64,000 bases of DNA. It comes from an uncultured Chloroflexia bacterium (lineage in GTDB: Bacteria; Chloroflexota; Limnocylindria; Limnocylindrales; CSP1-4). Under the pieces are notes generated by a model. It did no database searches. It saw only the letters and a list, made by a program, of their open reading frames with translations, and was not told where the DNA came from. Both the position numbers and the translations under genes were made by a program. The first letter of the stretch is position 1. The number at the start of each line of letters is the position of its first letter. The DNA is taken from assembly GCA_963752475.1 (NCBI GenBank), contig CAVVYR010000013.1, positions 642 through 64,641 of the forward strand, in the 5' to 3' direction. Shown one piece after another: positions 1 through 9,234 of this stretch.

Positions 1-3000
1 ATGACGGCAGAGTCACTCGCAGCCACGTAGTGTTCGGACCCCGCGAGCGCGGTGTAGTCGGCCGTCGCCCAGTCGAAGGTCACGTTCCACGGAAACTGAG
101 TCTGTAAGATCGACTCCGGTCGTGACAGCAGAAGTACCGCTGTCACCCTCGGTGATGCTTTGCCAGGACGTCAGCCATGGCTGCTCGAACGCTCCATCGT
201 CGTCGAGGATGATGGCGACGGGGTGGCTCCCCGGCGTCGTCGTAGGTGGCACCGGCTACGTTCAGTGGCGATACGCGAAGGACTCGTCATCCTCAATCTC
301 CTCGTCGCCGTTGACGGTCACTGTGAAAGTCGCCGACGCCTGGCCGGCAGGGATCGTGGCACCGCGGTCAACCGCGGCCACGTAGTCCGAACCGGCCGCA
401 GCATCACCGTCGAGCGTGGACCATTCGAAGGTGACGTCGGTATCGGCGACGCGGGTCAGGTACGCATCGAACGTGAACTCCGTCACGCCACTGTCTCCCT
501 CGTACGTGGATGGTCCGTAGACGCTGAGGTCCGGATCTTCATCGTCGTCGAGGATGATGGCGACGGATCGCTCCAGGCGTAGTCGTCGGTGGCACCGGCT
601 ACGTTCGAGGATCGGCGACAGTCCCGAAGGACTCGTCATCCTCAATCTCCTCGTCGCCGTTGACGGTCACTGTGAAAGTCGCCGACGCCTGGCCGGCAGG
701 GGATCGTGGCACCGCGGTCAACCGCGGCCACGTAGTCCGAACCAGCCGCAGCATCACCGTCGAGCGTTCGACCATTCGAAGGTGACGTCGGTATCGGCGA
801 CGCGGGTCAGGTACGCATCGAACGTGAACTCCGTCGCGCCACTGTCTCCCTCGTACGTGGATGGTCCGTAGACGCTGAGCAGCAGTGGGACGTCGTCGTT
901 GTAGATGGTCACAGTGTCGTCGTCCCAGTCGGCACGGTGCGCACCGACGATGTTCGAGATGGCCAGACCGAACGTCTCGTCCTCCTCGACCTCAGTGTCA
1001 CCGACGACATCAACGGCGAACATGGCCGAGTCGCTGCCAGCCGGAACAGTGGCTGAGTCGCTCGCAGCCAGATAGTCGACATCTGCCTGTGCGGTATGGT
1101 CAGTCGTCGTCCAGTCGAACGACACGTCATCGAGTGCCGGCTGGGAGAGGTTCACATCGAACCACGCCTGGGTCCTACCGCTATCTCCTTCGTCGACCCC
1201 AGCGCCGTAGACCGACAGCCAGACCACATCGTCATCCTCAAATCATCACGATGGGGTCCGTGCCTAGTTGTTCGTAGGTCGCCCCTATGACGTTCGAAAT
1301 CGCGAGCGTAGAAGAACTCGTCTGGTTCTGCCTCGGCATCATCGACAATCGCGATGGATCTGGTTGGTACGCGAGCCAGTGGAGCAAAGGATCATCGTGG
1401 CCGCTCGCCGGGCACGAAGTCGGCATCGCCAGCGGTGCCCTCGACCGTCGTCCAGTCGGAAGCCAGCAGGCTGGCCAAGGATGCGGGAGAAGTCGACGGG
1501 TGACCCAGGCTGCGCGCCATCCGCCTCCCCCAGGCATATGCGTCGCCAACCGTCATCACGGTTGGTCCGTCGTCATTGAGGATGGTGACCAGTGGAGTGC
1601 TACTTGCCGAGTCGTACGTTGCCCCGATGACATCGGAGATGAAGACGCTGAAGTACTCGTCATCCTCGTTGTTTTCACCGTCGCCAACAACCTGGACCGA
1701 GAAGTCCACAGATACGCGCTCCGCAGGGATCGTGCCCATTTCCGCTGGCTGTAAGATACGGATATGAACACCGGCGGACGCTGAGCCGTTCGCCGTTGCA
1801 CCCACTGAACGCGACGTCCTCATGTGCGCGACGGGACAGTTGGGCTGAGAGCCACGCATCGGAAGTCCCACCTGCACCCTCTGGGACCGGGTCCGCACCG
1901 TTCACAGTCAAGGTAGACTGAGCGTCGTCGTCGACGATATCATCCCGGTCGTGTCGCTTCCGACCAAATCAAGCGTGTCGCTCCTGCGGTGTTCCAGGTA
2001 CGGATTGCAGGTGGAAGTGCTCGTCTAGCTCGACTTCGGAGTCACCGAGGATGACCACGTCGATGTCCGGGGCAGTGGTCGCGCCGACCGGGATCGTGAC
2101 CATGCTGCTCGCATGCTCATCGTGGTCAAGTCCGGCGATGGCCGACCCATCTGCGGTGGCCCAGTGGGACGGGACCTTCTTCCACGGCAGGGTGTACAGC
2201 GTCACGGCGAACGACGTGACTGCTTCCGTTCCACGTGACCCTCGAGCTCATCCGTGTGTCTCGTCACCCCAGAGGAATATAAGAATGATGACTTTGAGAA
2301 CCGAGAACTGGATGTGGCCCGGGTGCACCGGCGTAAGTCGGGCACCCACGACGTTGTTGATGTAGACCGCGAAGGTCTCGTGCCGGCTGAACTCGATGTC
2401 GCCGATGGTCTCGACCACGGGGAAGAAGCTTGCCGTGGTCTGAGCAGCGGGGTTTGACAAACTGTGTCCGCCGCCGCCACGTAGTCCGACCCTGCGATCG
2501 CTGTCCCATCCGCAGTGGACCAGTCGAACGCTACGTCGGTGGTCGTGGGGACGCCGGGCTGAACATCGAATTGGTACTCGGTGGTTCCGTCATCACCTTC
2601 GACACCTTGCACGCTCTCAAAGAGCAGCGGCAGCCCAAGACCGACTCGAACCTTGAACTGGGAAGACGTTGCGTTCAGGCCAGAAGCCTGAGGTCGCTCC
2701 CGGTATCCGCTCCGCTGATGGATGCGAACGAGCCTGACAACGAGTCTAATTCGATTGGGCGTGAAGACGTCATGAGGCGCAGGGCCTGTCTTGGTAACCG
2801 GAGGTGTGGAGCCGGAGCGTTCCATCGAGGACAACGGGCCCGTGGACATCTGGGCTTCTGATGTCGCTTGGATCGGTGGAACGAGTACTCCGTGATGAGC
2901 CGACCGGCAGCGGACTGAGCGTACGAACCCACAATCTGCAGGACACCAGGTGACGCTCCGGGGGGCACCTCACTCGCGTTGATGACATCGGCCTGGATCG

Positions 3001-4138
3001 TGCCCGCGCCGCCTACGCGACCCCCGCTGATATGGAGCTGCTCGACGCCACAAGCTGGCCGCCGTCGGCAAGTGCTGTACCGCGCCCGTCTGGGAAAGCG
3101 GCCCACCGTAGATGGCCAAGGTGCCATCGAGCACCAGGAAGCTACCTGACTCCTGGTCGAACGTGCGACCGGCGCCCAGCGACACACTCAGCCTGTGACC
3201 GGGGGCCACCTGATCACAGCGCCAGGTGTGGGTGACGCCAGGCCCCCGGGCCTGATGCGTTTGCTCTGATTCTTGCGATGAGTCTTGGATGGCCACGACT
3301 CCGGAATTGTATTGTCCACCGTGGACGCCACGAGCGATCCGAAGTTGCCGCCGAGCACAAGGCTGCCCGAGTTTCTTGAACTGCCCGTCGTTGACGTAGA
3401 AGGGACGAACTGCTTGCATTGCCAACCAGGACCAGTTCGCCTGCATTGACGATTCCTCCACCATCTACTCCGAGGTGCACGGTGCCTTCGCTGTCGTGAG
3501 CCTCGAGGACGAAACCTGGCGGGGTGGGGGTGAGGAACTCCAGGTCCGGGTCCCCGGCGGATCCGACCAGGCCCCCTGCTGGGGGAATGCGCTCTGTGGC
3601 GGCGACTGGAGTGGACAGAGGCGATGTCGTCGCCACGGTCTGGCGCTGCGACCCGGTCACGGGGACCCAACGTCGTGGTGGAGATTGCCACCGCCGTAGC
3701 TGCCACCTTCCACTTCGAGCCTGCCGTCCAGTGTCAGCTCGCCGGGCAGGCGGTTGGACGCGCGGCCGCCCTCGACGTGGACACGCGAGCGACGCGCCGC
3801 TCGAAACAACGACAGCCCCCGTGTTCTCGAAGTCAGCCCGCCCGATGCCCCGGCGATCATGGTCCCGCTGGCTTCGAACAGCATGGCCCCAGCGTTCTCG
3901 ATGGACTCTGCCATGAGTCCGAGGCTTGTCGACGCTGTTGGCGGATGACGCCGCTATTCAGTACGATGTTCGCAGCGACGTCAGTGCCATGAGTTAGGTT
4001 GGCTGCGATGGTGCCGATATTCGTGAGTGAACCGCCAGCGATGTTGAGGCTGACGAGACTCGAGGTCGCTGTGAGGGTGAGGCTTCCTTCGTTGACCAGC
4101 GACGCTGCGGGAGGGGCGTTAAGACCAAGAAATCTCAA
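1..4138 (-). pseudogene. Fragmented giant surface/adhesin-like gene. The N-terminal part has beta-helix-type repeats, followed by at least six Calx-beta-like domains. It runs off the window at position 1.
   Basis: Minus-strand ORF fragments (3857..4138, 3657..3914, 3214..3660, 2970..3464, 2675..3187) show motifs such as GSLTLTATSSLVSLNIAGGSLTN, GELTLDGRLEVEGGSYGG and GSFLVLDGTLAIYGG. Fragments 2202..2849, 1969..2205, 1392..1898, 754..1227, 262..645 and 13..252 carry Calx-beta-type motifs: VTFEWSTLDGDAAAGSDYVAAVDRGATIPAGQASATFTVTVNGDEEIEDDESF, VAFDWSTADGTAIAGSDYV and ILDDD. Homology continues across many frame changes. Confidence 0.6.
196..885. repeat. Two near-identical tandem copies (period about 345-349 bp) of a Calx-beta-domain coding unit. 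More diverged copies continue to about 2600.
   Basis: The sequence from atcgtcgtcgaggatgatggcgacgg to gtggatggtccgtagacgctgag occurs at about 196-540 and again at 541-885. The copies differ by a few substitutions and by indels (ggg at 350-352 versus gggg at 699-702; gtgga at ~416-420 versus gttcga at ~765-770). Confidence 0.85.
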
Positions 4139-6286
4139 CGGTCAGCCGGCCGTGCCGATTCCGATGCAGGCCTGCTGAGGTAGCGGTCACGGCATTCCGG
4201 AGGTCCAGTTGAGGCGGTCGTGCCAGCTGCCAGGGACGGGGTTGGCCCAGGAGGTGTCACAGTCGTTGTCGTCGTCGAAGCCTCGAGATAGACGGCGCTC
4301 AGTGCGCCGCCGGTCGTCGCGATGCTCAGGTTCCGGCTCGCGACAGCAGGTATGTCGCTGCAGTCGCCGGGGGGTGTCGTGCCCGCGGGAGCCAGTCGGC
4401 GATACCCGGCCTTGTCGTAGACGTCGAACGAGAGGCGCGCGACCTTGCAGTTGCTGTCGAGATCGCGGGCCTTGTTCGCCTGTGGCTGCCACGGGGGACC
4501 CGAGCCGGAGTCGGGCTTCTCGGAATACCAGTCGAAGGCGACCTCAGCCTCCCACACACCGCCGCTGCCCTCGCTCGTCCAGTTCCAGACGCAGCCACTA
4601 GTAGTGACCGGCACACCGGTCTCACCCGGTGGCCGGCAGACCGCCACGATGCGCCAAGTCCGCGCCGGACTGAAGCCGGGCAACCCGGTGTTCGTGGCCC
4701 AGTCGTCGTAGTAGGCAGTGAAGTTGATCTGCTTGAGCGGGGCCGTGTCGCTGGCTTTCACACGGTAGCGGACCGGCTCGCCGTAGCGGATCCGGTCAAG
4801 CCAGGCAAACCCAGTGCTGATGCTCTGGCAGTCGGTGCCGTCGGTGCACCACGGTCGGCCCTTCGATAGTGCCCTCGCCGGGGTAGTGGAGGTCGCGCGC
4901 CCGCAGGGCGCCGGTCCTACTGTTCTCCCAGGTGCCGTCCCACCACGTGAACTTCTCGTAGGCGCCCTCGCCGATGAGCGGTTCAGGCACGACGTCGGTG
5001 CTGCCGGAGACGACCCCGGTCGTGGTGTCTACCGTGCCGCTCGTGCCACCGTCGAAGAGCGCGACGTGGAGACGCGGGGCGCCGAGGACATCCTCGCAGC
5101 CCGCCCCGCTGATATGGGTCGTGGCCCCGAACGTGCCGATGTGCTCGTTGGGCCGACGTCGTAGTCGACCCAGCTCGGGCTCGCGCGACTGTTATCGATC
5201 CGAGGTGCCCGTAGACCGCGTGGTACGTCCGGCCCCCGACCGTGGTGCCAATGATGACGGTGTTGCCGAGATATGAGTTGCTGCCGCTTGCACAGGCGGC
5301 GAACTCGACGGTGCCTCCCGCGAGCGGGTACACCTTGGTCGTGGCGCTCGCGCCGGTGAACTCGATCCCGTCGCCGGCGGGGTCGCTCGCGACATAGCTG
5401 GAGGGCCGACCGTGAGCGCAGTCCCCGGACTGCCAGGGCAGGCGCGAGGGATAGCCGACCGACTTGGGCCAAACCGAGATCTCGGTCAGTCACACCACGG
5501 GGTCGGTAGCCTTGGTTGGCATCGATGAAGTCCGAGGGGTGGAGCATGCCGGCGGTGATGGCCTGCTTGAGCGAGCCGTCTGCCGTGTCGCCCGGGTAGT
5601 CCGATGGCTTGTAGTACTTGCCCTCCCAATAGGGATGTCGTGGGTACCATGGCCCGGCTTCGTCGTGCGTATAGCGAAGTGGAGGTGTGAGGCGTGGTCA
5701 TACGCAGCGTCGTCATCTGAGAGCGTGCCGATGTCGTCCTCGGCGTCGACACAAAGTCCCTCCCGGATATCCACGGCAGGGTCCACGTGCAGGTACACCG
5801 AGTAGAACCGGTCCAAGCTGAGCGAGTCTGCCGCAATCGTGGCCTCGAAGTCCTCGCCGTTGTACGGGGCGCCAGCAGGTCGCTTGTCGTTGATCGATGG
5901 GGCCCGAACCTCGAAGTCACCGGTGTGCTCGACCACGACGATGCCGCCGGCCGCACGCGGTGCGACCGCCCGCTCGAAGACGACGCGGCCGGTGCCGACT
6001 GCCCGGACGGTGGCGTTCCCCGAGGTCCAGTCCTCTCCATCGTGGTGGCCGTCCCAATCCTGGTCGAAGTTCAGGAAGCTCTGGGTCATGATGGGGCCGC
6101 CACCGTTCTCGCGACGCATCGGGAAGCGGAGAGACTCGGCATTCGGGCGCTCGTCTTCCGCGGGAAGACCCGCTCTGCGGATGCCTCACCAGGGGCGGCA
6201 AGCCGAGCCGAGACGGTGCTCGCGGTGGCCCAGACGAGCAGCAACACGGTGAGCGTCGCGAGAACGGAGAGCGCGAGCCGAACCAT
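4135..6286 (-). pseudogene. Secreted protein with two M23/LytM-like peptidase domains, broken by at least 5 frame changes as sequenced.
   Basis: The signal-peptide-like start MVRLALSVLATLTVLLLVWATASTVSA (6086..6286) continues after a shift into 5490..6119, which carries YSVYLHVD and HLHFAIR (M23 HxxxD and HxH-type motifs). A second domain reads KVYPLAGGTVEFAACASGSNSYLGNTVIIGTTVGGRTYHAVYGHLGSI ... NEHIGTFGATTHISG ... RLHVALFDG and is spread over three frames (4983..5547). The C-terminal part 4135..4761 is in frame with upstream sequence CTDGTDCQSISTGFAWLDRIRYGEP. Confidence 0.6.
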
Positions 6287-6559
6287 CGGGCCGGCAAGTC
6301 AGGGTTTCGTTGGCAAATCCGTGACCCTGCGGTGGCCGAGCCACCATCGAGCCTCCCCCTCGTCTGAACGGGCATGGCATGGGCCCGTCATCGATGTGTG
6401 CAGGATAACCGGCGGCCCAAGAGCGTTGGGCGCGAACCGCAAGACACAGCGATCGAGGGCGACTTCTGGGACCAGACAACGGTGTCCCGCAATGTCTGAA
6501 ACGCCAAGGTCGGGTACCGGGCCGCCGAGCCGGCGGCAGAGCAGCCCCTTGCGCATCAC

Positions 6560-6806
6560 GGGCCGCTGCGTACGGCTTGAACCTGACGGGCGGTCAGCAT
6601 GGCTGGGATACATGAGGCACATGTCCACTGAAGACCTCGACTACCCCTCCCCCTGTGCCGGCCGAACGGCATCAACGTGGCGCGGATTCCGTCGACAACA
6701 CGTGCGCCCCGGGCGCCCCATCGACGCCCCAGACTCCGACACGAGGCGAGAGCTCGGCGTGGGGTACATGGCAAGCCGGATGGCCCCGAGATTCGCTGAT
6801 GCCCCC
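6560..6806 (-). promoter_or_regulatory. Candidate ydaO/yuaA-type (cyclic-di-AMP) riboswitch-like leader upstream of the M23 peptidase gene. Low confidence.
   Basis: Read on the minus strand, five blocks occur in the same order as the ydaO consensus blocks I recall: CAGCGAAUC, UCGGGGCCAUCC, GACGGAAUCC, GGGGGAGGGGUAG, GCCCGUCAGGUUCAAGCCGUACGC (consensus blocks CGCUUAAUC, GGGGGACCCA, GGGGUGAAUC, GGUAGGG, ACCCGUCAGCUAACCUCGUAAGCG). A possible closing helix is GCAUCA (5-prime) with UGAUGC (3-prime). The spacing is longer than in the Bacillus element, and no covariance model was run. Confidence 0.3.
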
Positions 6807-6924
6807 AGGGGTACTGCCGGGAACCCCGCCTCACGGCGGACTCGTATGAGTACGGGTGTGTGTACGCCACACATCGAGAGACCCCTCTGGGTACCCAGAG
6901 GGGTCGGTTTCAGGCTCAGATGGG

Positions 6925-7000
6925 TGGCGCGCCCGGCGAGACTCGAACTCACGACCTTCTGGTCCGCAACCAGATGCTCTATCCACTGAGCTACGGGCGC
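6925..7000 (-). tRNA. tRNA-Arg with anticodon GCG (76 nt, CCA encoded).
   Basis: The reverse complement folds by hand as a cloverleaf: GCGCCCG-TA-GCTC-AGTGGATA-GAGC-A-TCTGG-TTGCGGA-CCAGA-AGGTC-GTGAG-TTCGAGT-CTCGC-CGGGCGC-G-CCA. A20, C35 and G36 fit arginine identity. The anticodon loop is TT-GCG-GA. Confidence 0.85.
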
Positions 7001-7011
7001 CCGAAACAGGG

Positions 7012-7103
7012 TGGCGGAGAGGGAGGGATTCGAACCCTCGAAGCAGGTTACCCCACTTACCGGTTTAGCAAACCGGCGCACTAGGCCTCTATGCGACCTC
7101 TCC
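7012..7103 (-). tRNA. tRNA-Ser with anticodon GCT (92 nt, long variable arm, CCA encoded).
   Basis: Reverse complement: GGAGAGG..CGGTT-TGCTAAA-ACCGG-long variable arm (TAAGTGGGGTAACCTGCTTC)-GAGGG-TTCGAAT-CCCTC-CCTCTCC-G-CCA. Confidence 0.85.
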
Positions 7104-7281
7104 TCTTCGGCCGCCAGATGGTAGCACGCACGCTGGATTAGCCGTATCATCGGAGCCTCACCACGCAGCAAGAAGACGCGCGGGCCTTGTCCGACGCGTC
7201 TTCATCGTTTCACGAGCCAGGCGGGGCAAGCTCCACCACTCGATCAACAGCGGGTCCGCGTACCCGCGGGAGTCGTCCACC

Positions 7282-8190
7282 ATGTCAAAGCGCGTCGTCC
7301 TTCTCGGTCAGCCCGTCACACACTCGCTGTCCGAGGCCCTGCAGCAGGCAGCCTTCGAGGCTGCCGGCATCGATGCCACCTACGAACCCATCGACACTCC
7401 CACCGTCGACCTGCCCGAAGCCGTCAAGGCCCTGCGCTCCGACGACTACCTCGGGGCCAACATCGGCGTGCCCCACAAGGACCGCGTGGCGACCATGCTC
7501 GACCGCCTCACCGAGGAGGCCCAGGCCACCGGCGCGGTCGACACCATCACCCGCGACGGCGACCAGCTCGTCGGTCACAACACTGATGTCATCGCCTTCA
7601 AGCCCGCGCTCGAGGAGCTCACGGGCAACCAGAAGATGCCCAAGAACGCCGTCGTGGTCGGCGCCGGTGGCGGCGGCCGAGCGGTCATCTACTGCCTCAT
7701 CCAGGCCGGCTTCCAGAACGTGGCCCTCTTCAACCGCCACCTCCACCGCGGCGAGCGCCTGGTCAAGCACTTCGGCCGCAGCGCCAGCCACATGGATCTC
7801 AAGGCCCGCCCCTGGCACGAGTCGGTCATCGAGGCCGAGCTGGCCAAGACGGACATCCTCGTCAACGCGTCGGCGATGGGCCGTGATCCCGAGGAGACGC
7901 CCATCCCCGGCGAGCTGCTGCCGCCCGACATCCTCGTCATGGACCTCCACTACGTGCCCGAGCAGACCCGTCTGCTCAGGGAGGCAGAGGCCGCCGGCGC
8001 CAAGCGCGCGATGAACGGCGACTTCATGCTCATCGAGCAGACCGTGGCCGCCTTCGAGCTGTGGACCGGCGAGAAGGCGCCGCGCAGCGTCATCGAGAAG
8101 ACGCTCAAGAAGGCCCGCAACAAGCCCGAAGAGCCGGTGCCCTCGGCCGAAGAGGTGGCCAATGGTGAGGCGGCCGAGGCGAGCGCCTAG
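7282..8190 (+). CDS. aroE: Shikimate dehydrogenase.
   Basis: 302-aa intact ORF. Motifs: GANIGVPHK, VGHNTD, and the Rossmann motif VVVGAGGGGRAV. Confidence 0.85.
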   Translation: MSKRVVLLGQPVTHSLSEALQQAAFEAAGIDATYEPIDTPTVDLPEAVKALRSDDYLGANIGVPHKDRVATMLDRLTEEAQATGAVDTITRDGDQLVGHNTDVIAFKPALEELTGNQKMPKNAVVVGAGGGGRAVIYCLIQAGFQNVALFNRHLHRGERLVKHFGRSASHMDLKARPWHESVIEAELAKTDILVNASAMGRDPEETPIPGELLPPDILVMDLHYVPEQTRLLREAEAAGAKRAMNGDFMLIEQTVAAFELWTGEKAPRSVIEKTLKKARNKPEEPVPSAEEVANGEAAEASA

Positions 8191-9207
8191 GTGTCCGACT
8201 CCCGCTTCACGGCCGAGCGCCGCTTCGCCATCGAGGCCGTCGTCTCCGCTGCCCATCTGACCAGGGCCGTGCGGGACGACTTCGACCCCGACGCGGAGGC
8301 GGTGTCGAAGGCCGACTCCTCCCCTGTCACGGTCGCCGACCTGGGCGCCCAGGCCCTCGTGCGCATGGCCATGGTCGAAGCCCTGCCGGGCGACCCGATG
8401 ATGGGCGAGGAGGACTTCGGAACCCTTGCTGACTCCCCGGAGCTCGCCGAAGCCGTCCTCGCTCGGGTCCAGGCTCAGCGGCCCGAAGTCACGCTCGAGG
8501 ACCTGCGTGTCGCCCTCGACGGCTGTGACGACCCCGCAGGCCCGGGGCGCCGTTGGTGGACCCTCGATCCGGTGGACGGGACCAAGGGCTTCCTGCGCAA
8601 CGAGCAGTACGCCATCGCCCTCGCGCTCGTCGAGGATGGCGAGGTCGTGCTGGGCGTCATGGGCTGCCCCAACCTGCCCTACTGCGGCGAGCCCGGCGAT
8701 CCCGATGTCGGCGGCCCCATCGGCGTGCTCTTCATCGCCGAGCGCGGTGAGGGCACGCGCATGATGCCGCTCTTCGAGGCCACGGCCGACCGTGCGGGCG
8801 AGCCCTGCCGAGCGGCGGCGCCCGCCACGACCGCGGATGCTCGCTACGCCGAGTCGGTGGAGGCGGCCCACTCGAACCAGTCTGAAGCGGCCCGCATCGG
8901 CGCCGCCCTGGGCATCTCGGCCGAGCCCGTGCGTCTCGACTCACAGACGAAGTACGCCATGGTCGCGCGTGGCGACGCCTCGATCTACCTGCGCGTCCCG
9001 CGCGGCGACTACCGCGAGAACATCTGGGATCACGCTGCCGGCCTCATCGTGGTCGAGGAAGCTGGCGGTCGCGTCTCCGACGTCGAGGGTAAGCCCTTCG
9101 ATATCACCACCGGCCAGCGCATGACCGCCAACCGCGGCGCGGTCGTCACCGCCGCCAGCATCCACGACCAGGTGGTAGCCGCCGTCCGGAGCGTCCTCGA
9201 AGGCTGA
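8191..9207 (+). CDS. cysQ: 3'(2'),5'-bisphosphate nucleotidase / inositol monophosphatase family protein.
   Basis: 338-aa ORF with a GTG start directly after the aroE stop. Motifs: MMGEED, WTLDPVDGTKGFLR, WDHAAG. Confidence 0.7.
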   Translation: MSDSRFTAERRFAIEAVVSAAHLTRAVRDDFDPDAEAVSKADSSPVTVADLGAQALVRMAMVEALPGDPMMGEEDFGTLADSPELAEAVLARVQAQRPEVTLEDLRVALDGCDDPAGPGRRWWTLDPVDGTKGFLRNEQYAIALALVEDGEVVLGVMGCPNLPYCGEPGDPDVGGPIGVLFIAERGEGTRMMPLFEATADRAGEPCRAAAPATTADARYAESVEAAHSNQSEAARIGAALGISAEPVRLDSQTKYAMVARGDASIYLRVPRGDYRENIWDHAAGLIVVEEAGGRVSDVEGKPFDITTGQRMTANRGAVVTAASIHDQVVAAVRSVLEG

Positions 9208-9234
9208 CTCGCCGGCTCGGCCATACTGGCTCGC

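Noticed and set aside
5787-6989. 400-aa plus-strand ORF spanning the M23 gene start, the long leader and tRNA-Arg.
   Set aside because: It is Arg/Ala/Gly/Pro-rich low-complexity translation typical of off-frame or antisense ORFs in high-GC DNA. It overlaps a tRNA and the signal-peptide region of the peptidase, and I recognise no motif.
6925-7103. tRNA-Arg/tRNA-Ser pair (and tRNA-Ser at 43875-43964) considered as an integration site of a genomic island.
   Set aside because: No integrase, excisionase or transposase was found. I could not find a direct repeat of a tRNA 3-prime end. There is no obvious compositional shift next to either locus. The adjacent decayed surface-protein genes are suggestive but not evidence.
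7285-8871. 528-aa minus-strand ORF.
   Set aside because: It is an antisense shadow of aroE and the cysQ-like gene, both of which carry clear family motifs. The same reasoning applies to 12180..13682 (+), 24562..25950 (-), 55846..57648 (+), 56778..58478 (+), 60996..62933 (-), 15800..17056 (-) and 47916..49058 (-).
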